Shown here: positions 39,601-51,619 of the stretch, piece after piece
Numbering within the stretch: position 1 is the first letter of the stretch
Layout of the letters: each line of letters begins with the position of its first letter
Assembly: GCA_904063045.1 (NCBI GenBank)
Contig: CAJFCJ010000010.1
Span: forward strand, 682,001-746,000
DNA: 64,000 nucleotides
Direction of reading: 5' to 3'
DNA from: Dimorphilus gyrociliatus
Taxonomy: Eukaryota > Animalia > Annelida
Program-made: the position numbers and the translations under genes
Notes under the pieces: model-generated
What the model was told of the DNA's origin: nothing
Seen by the model: the letters and a program-made list of their open reading frames with translations, nothing else
Databases searched by the model: none

Positions 39601-41031
39601 AAACCATTAGCACCTCCTACAGACTTAATGAATGGTATGAATAAATTACCTTATAATACTTTGGCAACGTCTGATGTTGAAAGTGAAAAGGAGCATTGCC
39701 TATACTCAGAACCAGAGATAGTTTTTATGCAGAGACAACATTTGCCGTATTTTAATATTAGTGCTAAACCTCCTCCATCTCCTCCGCCTTTCCCAAAACA
39801 TTTTAATATTTGTGAGAGAAATCGTCAACTAGTTGAACTGGAACGAGATAACTTAAAATTCCTCGAAAAACTAGGGGGAGGTCAATTCGGGGAAGTTCAC
39901 CTTTGTGAGGTTATTAACAAGGATTGCCTAAATACAGAATTTCATACAGAAGAGGAAAAATTTCTAGTTGCCGTTAAAACATTGAATGAACATGCGGATG
40001 AAACAGCTAGAAAAGATTTCCAAAGGGAGTTGGCCGTTATGGCGAGATTAAAGGATCCAAATGTAGTTCAAGTAGTTGGCGTCATAACAAAAGAGGAGCC
40101 TATGTGCGTTGCAACAGAATATATGATTCATGGAGATATGAATCAATTCCTCAGGCAACGCGTTCTGGATACTGCTGGTACAATTGCCAGAAAGGGAAAG
40201 AAGCAATTATCGTAAGTATCTTCCATAATCTCTTTCGACTTCTATAACGCCATTTGGTCGATCTTATCTGATTCTCTCCTTACTTCCTCGCTTTAATTAT
40301 CCAAAGACATATAATGGTACAAAATCTATATTTATAAACAAATAAACATACTCTATGTGACTACTATTGTCTTGCTTAATCAAATTTAATTAGTTTCCGT
40401 TTTCTTTTATCAGATACGGCTGCTTAATATATATGTCAACTCAAGTTGCTTCCGGAATGAAATATTTGGAATCTTTAAGTTTAGTACATAGAGACCTAGC
40501 TTGTAGGAATTGTTTGGTTGGAAGGCATTATTCAGTAAAAATTTCTGATTTTGGAATGTCTCGGAATTTATATTCGGGAGATTATTACCGTATTGAGGGA
40601 AAGGCCGTCTTACCCATCAGATGGATGGCTTGGGAAAGTATTCTCTTGGTTGGTATTCTCATCAGTTTCTCTTACTGTTATACTTTTACTTACTCTTTAC
40701 CATTCTCTTTTCTCAGGGAAAATTCTCCTCTAAAAGTGATGTTTGGTCAATGGGTGTAACTCTTTGGGAAATGTTGACTTTTGCAAAAGAACAACCATTT
40801 ACAAACATGACAGACGAAGAAGTAATTGAAAATTGCGGACACTTCTATAGAGGAGACGGACAGGAACAATATCTTCCGCAACCTTCTCTTTGTCCCAGGG
40901 AAATTTATGACTTAATGAGAGAATGCTGGAATAAAGACGAAGTAAATAGACCTTCCTTTTCGGAAATTCATATGTTTTTACATAGAAAAAACATGGGCTA
41001 TAGACCGAGAGAAGACGAATACCCATTATAA
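13997..41031 (+). CDS. DDR: Discoidin domain receptor tyrosine kinase, whole gene model (~853 aa, 7 exons)
   Basis: Exons 13997-14075, 32005-32107, 33287-33428, 34439-34531, 38617-40211, 40414-40648 and 40717-41031 splice in frame to 2562 nt. Domain order: signal peptide, discoidin domain (CNQNMG...AWCP...EWLQVDL...CLRIELYGC), DS-like domain, TM helix, kinase ([41 protein letters not shown]). This matches DDR1/DDR2. Only the exon 1 junction is uncertain. Confidence 0.95.
28196..28661 (+). repeat. 21-bp exact direct repeat containing a Su(H)/CSL-type TGTGGGAA site
   Basis: GATCAAATTGTGGGAAAGAAT at 28196-28216 and 28641-28661. Confidence 0.85.
32005..32107 (+). CDS. DDR: DDR exon 2 (start of discoidin domain, [34 protein letters not shown])
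   Basis: Acceptor ttttctttcaacag|, donor CAG|gttcgt, phase 1 to 2. Resembles the CRYALGM...IPDSDISASS start of vertebrate DDR discoidin domains. Confidence 0.92.
33287..33428 (+). CDS. DDR: DDR exon 3 ([47 protein letters not shown])
   Basis: Acceptor ttctacag|, donor GGG|gtaagg, phase 2 to 0. Contains the discoidin AWCP and EWLQVDL motifs. Confidence 0.95.
34439..34531 (+). CDS. DDR: DDR exon 4 ([31 protein letters not shown])
   Basis: Acceptor ataaacag|, donor ACT|gtaagt, 93 nt, phase 0 to 0. Fills the discoidin segment between exons 3 and 5. Confidence 0.9.
38617..40211 (+). CDS. DDR: DDR exon 5 (end of discoidin domain, DS-like domain, TM, juxtamembrane region, kinase N-lobe)
   Basis: Acceptor ttaaattag|CAT, in frame with ORF 38707-40215 and adding 30 codons upstream of it. 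Donor TC|gtaagt at 40212. Confidence 0.95.
40414..40648 (+). CDS. DDR: DDR exon 6 (catalytic loop, DFG, activation loop)
   Basis: Acceptor ttttatcag|, donor TTG|gttggt. Encodes [23 protein letters not shown]. Confidence 0.95.
40717..41031 (+). CDS. DDR: DDR exon 7 (kinase C-lobe to stop)
   Basis: Follows a 68-nt intron ending ttttctcag|. Encodes [19 protein letters not shown]...[11 protein letters not shown] and ends in TAA. Confidence 0.95.
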   Translation, partial: GKFSSKSDVWSMGVTLWEMLTFAKEQPFTNMTDEEVIENCGHFYRGDGQEQYLPQPSLCPREIYDLMRECWNKDEVNRPSFSEIHMFLHRKNMGYRPREDEYPL

Positions 41032-41432
41032 ATGCTTATTCTTATTAATTACAATGTATATAAGGATGAAAATTATATTCATATATACATGATCTTTAAA
41101 TTCAAAACTTAATTTCTCTCTTCTTTGCTTTGGATATGACAGTTTGTTTGTTGTTGGAGAGAAAAGATTTTTTCTCTGAAAAACTTGTATATTAGTATAT
41201 AAAAGAAATATAACTTTGTTTACATTAAACTATTTTACAATAATTATCCATACAAAACAATATCTTTTATTGTATTAAAACTATATGTAAAACAATACAA
41301 ATTATCAATGTTTACATACAATTTTCCAAATGTCCATATATGGCGAAATATTCAATATTGTTATGTAATGAACTCTTATTTTATAAACATATACCTCTAT
41401 ACTATGATTACACCTTTAAGCTTGCTTAATTA

Positions 41433-41434
<2 letters not shown>

Positions 41435-41463
<29 letters not shown>
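41435..41463. repeat. (TA)n microsatellite
   Basis: Uninterrupted TA run downstream of the DDR stop. Confidence 0.95.
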
Positions 41464-41465
<2 letters not shown>

Positions 41466-43194
41466 TTTGTAATGTAATATGTATGCATTTATATAAGAAT
41501 ATACCGCAAAATATATTCTAAAATGTTTACATAAGTATATATAAAAAGCATGACTTTCTTTCTAGTCATTTTGAATACAATTATCTTGTTCCAATAGTTT
41601 TCTTCTTTAAATTACTTATAGCACCATAAAGAGATGAATATCCTTGGAAATATTTTAATTTATTCATTAAACACCTGACCAAACACATTGATTAGCTATA
41701 ATTGTATTACTTGGAAAAGTCTAAGCAAAAAATAGACTCTTACCAAAGCCTATAACTTATTAACGTTTATCTCTTAAAGATATTTAAAGGTATTTTTAGA
41801 ATCTTCTACAGTGATAAAGTATACTAATTGTGATATTTAAAAGTAGTAATCAAAAGAAAGGAAAATTGTCTTAGGATGCCTTAGTAAAATAGAGATGAGT
41901 GATAAATATAATTTGATATGGACGAATAGCATGCACAAAACTAGCTTAGATCAGGATTGAATAGAGATTATAGAGAGCTTTCGTTAAATTAGTCGTGTTT
42001 CGTCATTAGTATCTTTAAAAATGTTAACAAAACTAAGATAAACAAGTGTCAAATGGAAAATAAGAGAGAGGACAAAGATTGAGGGAAACCCGCTAAAAGG
42101 GTCGTGTATTTTGCCTAAAGACAAAAGAGTTCTCTTCAATTCATTCTCCTGTCACGTTCAACGTTGATGAGTCAGAGAAATAAAGTACAGAACACTTTTT
42201 TTCTTCTTTTTTCCTTTTCATATCTAAAAGGGTCCTTGATGTTATTTTCATACGATTCAAAAAATCACGTAAGGATTCCTTAGTCTTACTCATTCAACTT
42301 GGATGTTAAAAGAGAGAATGTAAAATATAACTAGTAGCAAAAATTTCTGACTAGAAAAAAAAATCAGAGACAATAGGGGTGCTATATTGCAGAATAATAA
42401 AGGAATCATCATTAAAAATCGATAGAATGCATGAATCGAATACCAAATCTATTATTAAAATATCATTAATAAATAGAAAAATTTGATTAATTCCTAATCA
42501 ATTTAAGGTCAATCGGAATCTTCCACATTCGTACTATGATCTCTACAAGTCTCCAGTGGCGTATAAAGAATAAAGGGAAAAGAAAGGAAACTTTACATTC
42601 CTTACATGGGAAAATCATTCAATAACGCTACCATTTTCTTAAATGATTCCGACAGCGTCGACACATACATTGACCTAGGTGACCTTTGATACATCCATCA
42701 TCCCTTAGCAACTGACAACTACAAGACAGCTCTAAAAGACATTGACTCAAATATTTTGTAAATGGATTGATGATAATGAAGAATAAATGATTTATTCAAA
42801 GTATAAATTGTAATTATATGGTTTATTGTACAAATAGAATGATCAGAATTGAATTATTCTGCTTTGACTAGTAATATAGTGATAAGTTGTATTATTATAT
42901 TTCATTTTTATCTAATAGCCGGATGGCAGTTTCCAAGATAATTTTTGATATATTCTTATTTAAGAGTGTAGCTCTTATCACTTTTGAAATCAACTCCCAA
43001 AGTATCTTTTTACCCTTTCTATTTTCATTAATCTTTAACATATGCATTCATACCTCAAACAAGTTTATGTACAGTATCGCCATCTGTCGTGAGGTACATT
43101 TAACTTAGAATAAAGGATTCGTTCTTACTCTCATTGCAAATAATTGTAGGTGAGAATAGAGGTTGGAAATAAGAAATGAGTGTTATTAAGGGTC

Positions 43195-43258
43195 AGAGAG
43201 AGAGACATAGATAGAGACAGACAAATAGAGACAGAGACAGAGAAGCAGAGAGGAGAGA
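43195..43258. repeat. Degenerate (GA)n/(GACA)n compound microsatellite
   Basis: agagagagagacatagatagagacagacaaatagagacagagacagagaagcagagaggagag. Confidence 0.75.
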
Positions 43259-46200
43259 ATATCTCCGATTTTATATTATTTAGTAGGAAAAATTAAAAAA
43301 AGGCAGTTATAAATGATTTAGGGATTTGAAAGGAAAGGGAAAGGCGATTTGGGTGTAATTAAAAATAAATCCTTAAAGTAGGATGCTAGAATACTTAAAA
43401 AAAAGAAAATATATATAAAGAGCATAAGGAGTGGTTTATAATCTTACTTGAATGTCCCATTTTTTTTATTAGAACAAATATATATAAGCTACATTTGAAT
43501 GGTTTTCCTAAAACTCTCTTTATCCGTGCCAATTTTATATAAATCCTCCATGAATAGATCAACAACGAGTAGGATTTTTGATGAATAACTTGTGATGAAT
43601 AACTGATGTGAAAATGATAATAATCTTTTAATTACGTAAGATTTAAATTTTATCAATCCATAATATTTATTATTATGCGAATGAACAATCGAATATCCAC
43701 TTTCTCCCTTTTACTTTAGACTTTTTGTTATTTATTTAAAGTAAAAAGCCTTTCAAAATGTCGGACAGAATCTAGCAAATTAAGGATACTATTTGACCAT
43801 ATTAACAACCAGGGACATTTATTGGTAACAATGGAGGTATAGTATAAAAGATGAAGGATGGTCAATGATTACGGGATAGTTCTGATATTAAAACGCTACA
43901 TTTTATATAAAATCATCTATCTAAAGTTCTAGGTGATTTATCATCAATTTTCCTTAGTTTAATAAAATTCGAAGAAAGTACAGAATTTATTTCAATTGGG
44001 ATCGTTACAGTAGCAATCACTAATGAAGAAACTTTTGAAGTAATAACAATGCTTCGTCGCTTTCATTGAAGGAGAAAGAATTCTATTCCTTCGAAAAGAA
44101 AGATAAAAACTAATATATTTTATTATTTTTTTTAACCATAAAGTGAATATAAAGAAATTTTCTTAATTATTCATATATCTTAATTACAACTAATATAAAT
44201 TGTGTTTTAACTAATTACTAAGTTATTTATCTTAATTTTATTATCTTCCATTTTATACTCTTAATAATTAGATAGTATTTTCTTCTTTCTGTACCTTATA
44301 ATAAATATTTTAGAATAACATAAATAGAAATTCGACAGTATTTTTCATTTTATTATAAAAATAGCCAATCTAACAAGCTTTTTCCTTTTGATCTATATTA
44401 TTCTATATACAGCCTATATATTTGTATATAGATGGAAAGAGTTGTGAACGGAATGTATAGTTGATTTCATTGCGGGGAGGAATAAACTAGAGTCAGAAGT
44501 ATGAGTTAAGTGAAATTGTAACATTTACTTTTGACAGTAAAATCGCCCTTAAGATATTTTATTACAAATTGTAATGTAAATATGAATGATATTAAAAGTG
44601 AAATGCTTCAGGGGACGCATTGTTTTTTCTCTATGGTCCAAGCGGTCCTCTAGTTCAAAGTAGATTCTATTTATATACTGAGTTTATAGGTTATACTATA
44701 CATACAGTATATACAATGTATATAATCTTCAGAACAGCATTTGTATGGAAATATTAAAAAAAATAGACAGTTTATTCATTAATTGATGATGAAAAATTAG
44801 TTTTTATATTATATAAATGATAGGATGTTGAATTGTAGATAATAACTACAATGTAAGAAAATCTTTGATAAATGTTTAAAGGAACCTTTCCTCTTCCATT
44901 CATTATATTCTTCTTTAACCTAATTCTTTATATTTATAATACATCTTTCAACGACTATAAGCAACGCCATCTATCGTATTAAAAATTGTTTTTTATTATT
45001 GCAGTTTACTCTAGAACTTTATTTAGGTTTATTAGTTATTTTTGTGAATTAACATAGAGTTTAGAGATAAGGTGAAAAGTTTACCAAATTTCAATTACTT
45101 ATAAATATTATGCAAATGAGATAAATCAATTACATGATATGCTGCCTTGAATAAGTTCGTTTAATTTGGTGGGAATGGTTTATATCCTAATATAGAACGT
45201 TTACTTTTATAGAAATGTATTATTGAAATTATACTTAATTAAAGAAATAATAGGCTTTCTATAAAAGTAAAAGAAATCTTCTATTATTCTCTTTATTGCT
45301 TATATGACATTTCAAATTAGACGAAATTCCAAATTGTGTCACGCAAAATCACTTGAAGTTGTTCAGGGAACGACCTTTCTTGTAGTAAAAAAAAAGAGAA
45401 AATGATTCTATAGTTTTCTACATTATTTCAACAGAGAAATTTCATTATTTTTCTTTATTCAAAGTCGTTTGCTGTATAATAAACTAGCGTTATATTTGAA
45501 TTAGACAATTATTTCAAACAAAACTTTTTGCTATGCTATTTAGCTTTTTATACGATTGTAAACAATAATAAATTTAGTGAATGAAAATTCCCATACGAAG
45601 ATTTATGGGTGAGGGAGATAGGCAGGTAGGAGTGTATATGTGTGTATGTATGTATGTATATACTCTATAAATTATATAGATATGTATGCACGTGTGCATG
45701 TATGTTTGCGGTTATTGCAGTTGAATTTCATCCTGATAAGCAAAGGAATATCATCATGAAATCTTGATACTTTATCGGCCATACAATCTTATAGGAAAAG
45801 GTTTAGTAGCAAGTACATTACTGTATTTGATAGATAAGTAAATAGGTTAATCGGTTAAACTTTTGATTAATTACAAGAAGAACCAGTGTCTGTTTATATT
45901 CCCTGCAGACGTCTTCTGGACATTGATAAGCTAATAAAGACAATTTTTTTACTCTAGAATTTTTTTAATTACAAAAGAAATGAGATATTTTCCCAAGGGA
46001 TATCTATTATGATCAGGGATTACATTCTATTCAATCTTATTTAGCTGTATATATATTTAACTTTTATGGCTCGCAGACCAACTTCAAAGATAGGTGAAGA
46101 AATTGCAAACTACAGCTAAATCTTTCGGATAATGCTAGCTATTATTACTAGTAACCAAGGTTCGATACAGAAGATCGCTTTTATTCCTTCGGTAGGAAAT

Positions 46201-47012
46201 TGCTGTTCCTTATAAATTTGGTATATTATGATTAACCTTTATCATAAAATTATGAGAGTATAAAAATAGGTTAAGAACCATCTTTAATTTAAAGTCTTCT
46301 TGAGAAACTTTCAACAACACATTATCAACGTGAAATATCATTTTAAGCCTAATTCCCTTGAGGGAAAGATCATTTAAATACAGAATGTTATATATATATA
46401 TATATAAGGGTAGCATGAGGACTACAGAGATGAAGAGAACAGAACTAATAAACATACTTTTATTAATAAAAAATACAGCTTATTCTCTATTTCATTAATC
46501 CTTACAGTATAATAATACCTTATTCTCTCAATTAAATATACAATAAAAGGCTTTTAAAGCTAACAGAATAACTAGTATTAGAAATAGTTACATTGTTATA
46601 TATAATACATAAATTTTACAAAAGCTTCAATAATATTTTAATTAGCGTAAATAATTCACATATTCAATCACTAATTGCAATAAAGTATATGAAGCATACT
46701 TGCAAATACGGTATCATATTGAATGCGTAAAATAGAAACTATTGTAGTTGATTGCATCAAAAGATATAGAATTCAATAAATGAAACTTATGAAAATAGAT
46801 CATTTAAAAGTTAAAATCATCATTGTTAACAGCTGAATTAGTTTGTACTGATTGAACTATTATAGCCCGTATAACTCAGGATATTTAAGCTTGATGCAGC
46901 AATAAAAACTATCATTCAATCATATAAAAAATAGCAAACTTATTATCAAGTCATATAATATATTTATATATTCAAGTTAAAAAATTATCTTGTAGACAAA
47001 CTAGAAGAAAAG

Positions 47013-49044
47013 ATGCCTGCTCCCTTAGTAGAAATTAATGAAAATTGCTCAATAGAAGGAGGAAAGGTGTTCAATAAGGATTTGAAGAAGAGTGTTGAGT
47101 GTTTCCTGGGAATAAGATATGGTACAGCTAAAAGATTTGAAAGGCCTGATATGACTGAACTTTGGACAGGAAAGCTAAATGGTACAGTAAAAGGTAACCC
47201 ATTTCCTATTATTTATAGAAATCATGTTATATAAAAATCTACATTTAGCCAAGAATGATTTTTTAAGAGAAATCTTTTTTAAAAAAAAGGAAAGGTCTGC
47301 CCTCAAAAATTCAAGGTCTTTCGGCAAAATTTTTTACCTTTGCCTCTACCTGACACCGAAGCCGACGCTAGCGAAGACTGTTTATTCATAAATATATGGA
47401 GACCTACAAAAGTTAGAAAGGAAGATAACCTACCAGTCGTCGTCTTCTTATGTTGTGCTAATTTTAAGCATGGCTCGGCTAATGTTTACACAGGAGAGAC
47501 TTTTTGTGCTGTTAACAGGGTAATTCTAGTTACTGTGTCCTACAGACTGGGAATATTCGGTAGTTTTTCAAAATCTTTCCTAAGGATTCTGTCAATAATT
47601 AATTAAATTTTCATAAAATATTTAAGGATGGGCTTCGTCGGAAGATAGAGTTTTAGAAGGAAATTACGCGTTTCTCGATCAGATTTGTGCATTGAAATGG
47701 GTTCAAAAGTATATTCATCATTTCGGCGGTGACAAAAACAATGTCACTCTTCAAGGTTCTAGCTCAGGTTAGAATTAAACAAGATAAAGATAAACTTAAT
47801 TAACTGGTACTGTTAATATCTTACATTAAAAGGAGGGATAATGGTATCGGCTCATATAGTCTCCAAAAAGTCGCAAGGCCTTTTTCACAAGGCAATCTGC
47901 GAAAGTGGTAATATCTTAGGTAATAAATAATTTAGAATGATATATAAATTTCAATTAACATGACTCTTTCTTTATTTTAAATAAATTTTAATGAAGGTCA
48001 AACATCAAAACCTGAAACACTAAAATTCAATTCTGAACTATTCTATGAATCTGCAAAATATCACGGCTATAAAGGCAGTAGAAAAGGAGAAGAATTTAAA
48101 AAGTATCTATGCAGTATAGAAGCTGAGAAGCTATGTGACTTTCTTCACCCGAATATAATGTTAGCGCCTGTTCTAGATGGGTATTTCATAGAAAAATGTC
48201 CAATTGAAGTTTACAAAAATAACGAACACAATAAGGTTCCATTAATTATAGGCATATCAAGCGATGAAGGGTACACGTTTGTTCATCAATACTTGACCAA
48301 ACATACAGACTTTACAGTTAAAGATGAAGAGCATTATGATCTTTTACTGGAAAAAATGCTAAGGATGAAAGCCTATAAATATGCAGGAGAAGCAACTGGA
48401 TTCGAAATTATTGATAAAGTGAAAGAGTTTTATAAGACAACGGATAAAAGTTCAGACAAATTGTTAAAATTAGTTAGTCAGATTGAATCCGATGTACTTT
48501 CTATGACTCCGATTATGCAACAAGTCGAACTTCATGCGAAGAGTAGTAATGTGTACATATATGAAATTCATTATCGACCCTCTTTCCTCACTGGACCGGA
48601 ATGGGTAAAAATGCCTCATGGTAACGAAGTTGCCTACGTTTTTGGCGATCCTTTTACAAAAAGATACCCACTGAATTGGCAAGAATCCGATAGAAAAATC
48701 AGTATGACTCTTATGAAAACCTTTGGGGATTTTATTATAAATCCGTTAGTTTGTAATTAATAACTCCTACACTATAAATAGCAATAATAAATAATTATAT
48801 ATTCATATATAGGCGGCCATCTAACTGGAATCCATACGTCAATATGAACAAAATGAATGTTAAAATCTTCCAAGATGATTCCAGCATCCTAAGACCAGTT
48901 TTTAAGAAGGATATTGTGAGATTTTGGTCGGAGGAAATACCGAAAATTTTAGCGAGAGATGAAGACCCATATGATGATGAAACGTTCGATATTGGCTCAT
49001 TCCTTCTCATATGGATTATGGCATATGGCTCAAAACTATCATAA
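47013..49044 (+). CDS. Type-B carboxylesterase / cholinesterase-family alpha/beta hydrolase (552 aa, 6 exons)
   Basis: Exons 47013-47193, 47290-47559, 47627-47767, 47833-47919, 47997-48744 and 48813-49044 splice in frame (1659 nt). Family motifs: FLGIRY, CPQ, SEDCLFINIWRP, YRLGIFG, GNYAFLDQ..ALKWVQ..I..FGGD, GSSSGG (nucleophile Ser at 47761-47763), AICESG, SDEG (acid), HGNE (His). Confidence 0.93.
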
Positions 49045-51118
49045 ATGAAAAAGCTTATGTATTTTAATTATTCTATAGATAGCATTTTTGTTAAGCCTAT
49101 ACTTAGGTGTAATATAATAAACAGTAATTCTTTTAAAGATAGAATCTATTTGATAGAACATAACATGTTACATATACCATAGAATGCATAAATTGAAATA
49201 GAATGCTCTATTTCGTTAGTTGAGTACAACGTGTAATAACCGAATAGTAACAGGTGTATTTAATTAAAACAATGATTCAATTATATCAACCTAATTAAGC
49301 CTAAATAGTACCAATGATCTAATGATCTCCTCTGTAATCTGAATAATGGGAAAGAAACGAATATACAGTATATTCTCATAGAGTATAGTTTAATCAAAAG
49401 AAAAATAACAAATTCAGATAAGAAAATTAGTAGACTATAAAAGAAATGAGAATTAGAGAGAGAATGCTACTCATTCGTCAGCTTTAAGATCCATTAATCT
49501 GTCAAATATTACGATTTTTCCATTTTAGCCCTTCTCTATGAATATATATGAGGCTCTTTTCTCCACTTTCAATAAATTCTTTTTAGCTTGTGTTTAGTTC
49601 AGAAAAAGATTCAGATATTCTCATTATCTTTTCATTAGCTTGCTTTTTACAATATAAAATATAAGTGGAAACTAAATAAGATTTACGTTCATAACGTAAT
49701 AAAGCAGTTTTATACTAATATTAATGCATTAAACCTATATATATACTGTATATACAGCACATATACTGTATATATGGCAAGTATAGACATTTATCAATTT
49801 TAATTAGTGAATATAGCTCTCTTTTCGTTTTAACAGGTGGCTACGTTGTAATAGAGACAATTAATTATCTTAACCGGATTTAGTCCGTTGTTTCGATAAA
49901 AAGAAATTGGAATTAAAAAATCGTTAATATCATTTTAACAGCATGATGTATATTGTAAAAGAGCAACACATAGATGGCGTTACAATCTGCTTTTTTGTAC
50001 GCATTCATTACACATAATACATATATTTAAATGGGTAAGGTTTGCTACAATATATTATTAGTATACGGGCTCTTTATGACATCTCTTACAAAGATGATTA
50101 AGGAAAAAATTAAAAAATTCTCTATAACCTCTGCTTCTTAATTAGTTAAAAAAAGGGGGGGTGGGAGGGGGAAGGGAGGGAGAAAGAAAACATCTGAAAT
50201 ATAAAAGATAAATAGATAGAGAATGGGAAAGAAAAGAATTTCCTCATCTAAATCGTGTGACCTTTTTTCAATATATTGTTAATTTTAAGAAAATAGGAAA
50301 TAAAATACGAGTCTCTCTTTGTTTCCTGGAACTTAAATATTCTATATATTTTACAGTATTAGAAAGATTTTTTGTCAATTCTACAGGAAATTAGATAGCG
50401 CTTTTGGGCTAAATATTTTGGTATTCTTATCGATTAATCAAGGACTGTAAAACGCTGATTTGGCTTGTAGAAGAGGCTAACAGGAGGAGCGTCTAGTATA
50501 TTGAACAACAAAAACGTGTAATTCATATATCAGTTGACATTGTATTAGACAATATAATAAATTTTCTTAATGCTCTCGACAATAGAAACAGCGTAAAACT
50601 ATATACTTGTATGATTAATGTAAATATCTTATATTGCATAATGTATTCGAATCTGCATTAATAATTGCATATATAATTAGATGTTTTATTCGTAGATTCT
50701 ATCTACGCTTGAATGCGATTAATCTTGTTTGTGTAAATGAAAAGCATCGTTAATGTGCGCAAATGAACAATACTATATAATACTAAAAAACAAGGATGCA
50801 TACTCTATGCACTGGTTTCGGTGTAGCGAGGAGTCAAAAGGTCAAATCTGCCTTATATGGGAATATAAAGAAGGGAAATTTTTTTCCTTTAACAGCCGAA
50901 AAAAAAAGAGGGGGGTGGAAGGGTGTAAGGGAAGGGAATAAAGAATGCGGTAGTTTATTCGTTTTCTAATGAAAATAGGCTGTAAAGTTTTACAATTCTA
51001 TCTTTATTTCCTTTTAGCAAATTTATTAAATTTTCATTCACCCACGTTATTCTCTGTTAAATACCCTAATACAAGCAAGCTGCCTAGAAAAGCTGAGGTA
51101 GCTGACGTAATCGATTAA

Positions 51119-51131
51119 GCGCCACCTAGCG
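51119..51131 (+). promoter_or_regulatory. CTCF-like motif within a GC-richer promoter-like patch
   Basis: GCGCCACCTAGCG resembles the CTCF core consensus (GCGCCMYCTAGYG). Motif match only. Confidence 0.45.
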
Positions 51132-51265
51132 TCGGCAAGAATCGTCCAATCAACATAATTTCTGCACGGCGTCTGTCTGTCTAGGCCTTGTTCCAGCGTT
51201 TTTCAGCAACAAACACCTGCTTTTATACGTTTTGCATCGGCGTTTTATGGATACTGATATTAAAT

Positions 51266-51619
51266 ATGGTTGGTTCAGTTTACCTCAAGAATGATAGTAA
51301 AAGCGTTGAGAGCGAATTCTCTGAAACATCAACAATGACGGAGGCAACCGAAGCGATTACGTCTTCATTTTACAGTATGAACAGAGGAAATTTACTATAT
51401 AATAAATTAGCTGAAGATTTCAGGTTAGCATATATAAAAATTGATGAAATATGTATGCTTTTTACCCATTGCTTTTACGACTGCATGTTAAGTAGGAAAG
51501 ATTTCCTCAGCACCGTCTCTCAAACGTTACCCGTTGTTTGTGCTAGTATATGTGTGTCTATATGTTTTTTATATTTATTTCCTCTACTACTCTTTCTTCC
51601 GTTTATTTACAACTCTTAA
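51266..51619 (+). CDS. Candidate orphan protein (117 aa) with C-terminal hydrophobic tail
   Basis: Part of a 143-codon open frame (51188-51619) that is long for this AT content. First in-frame ATG is at 51266. Ser/Thr/Glu-rich N-terminus, hydrophobic C-terminus (VVCASICVSICFLYLFPLLLFLPFIY). Lies just downstream of a GC-richer promoter-like patch at ~51080-51190. No homologue recognised. Confidence 0.4.
   Translation: MVGSVYLKNDSKSVESEFSETSTMTEATEAITSSFYSMNRGNLLYNKLAEDFRLAYIKIDEICMLFTHCFYDCMLSRKDFLSTVSQTLPVVCASICVSICFLYLFPLLLFLPFIYNS

Noticed and set aside
40649-40759. Hydrophobic extension of ORF 40433-40759, suggesting a second TM segment
   Set aside because: It is read-through of the 68-nt intron 6 and out-of-frame exon 7; splicing restores the canonical ESILL-GKF kinase sequence.
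43760-44070. Exon-like stretch (DLSSIFLSLIKFEESTEFISIGIVTVAITNEETFEVITMLRRFH*) after ttctag
   Set aside because: No compatible open upstream exon was found (stop in the required frame) and no recognisable similarity.
49030-49044. SKL near the esterase C-terminus as a peroxisomal PTS1
   Set aside because: The protein ends SKLS*, and PTS1 must be the last three residues.
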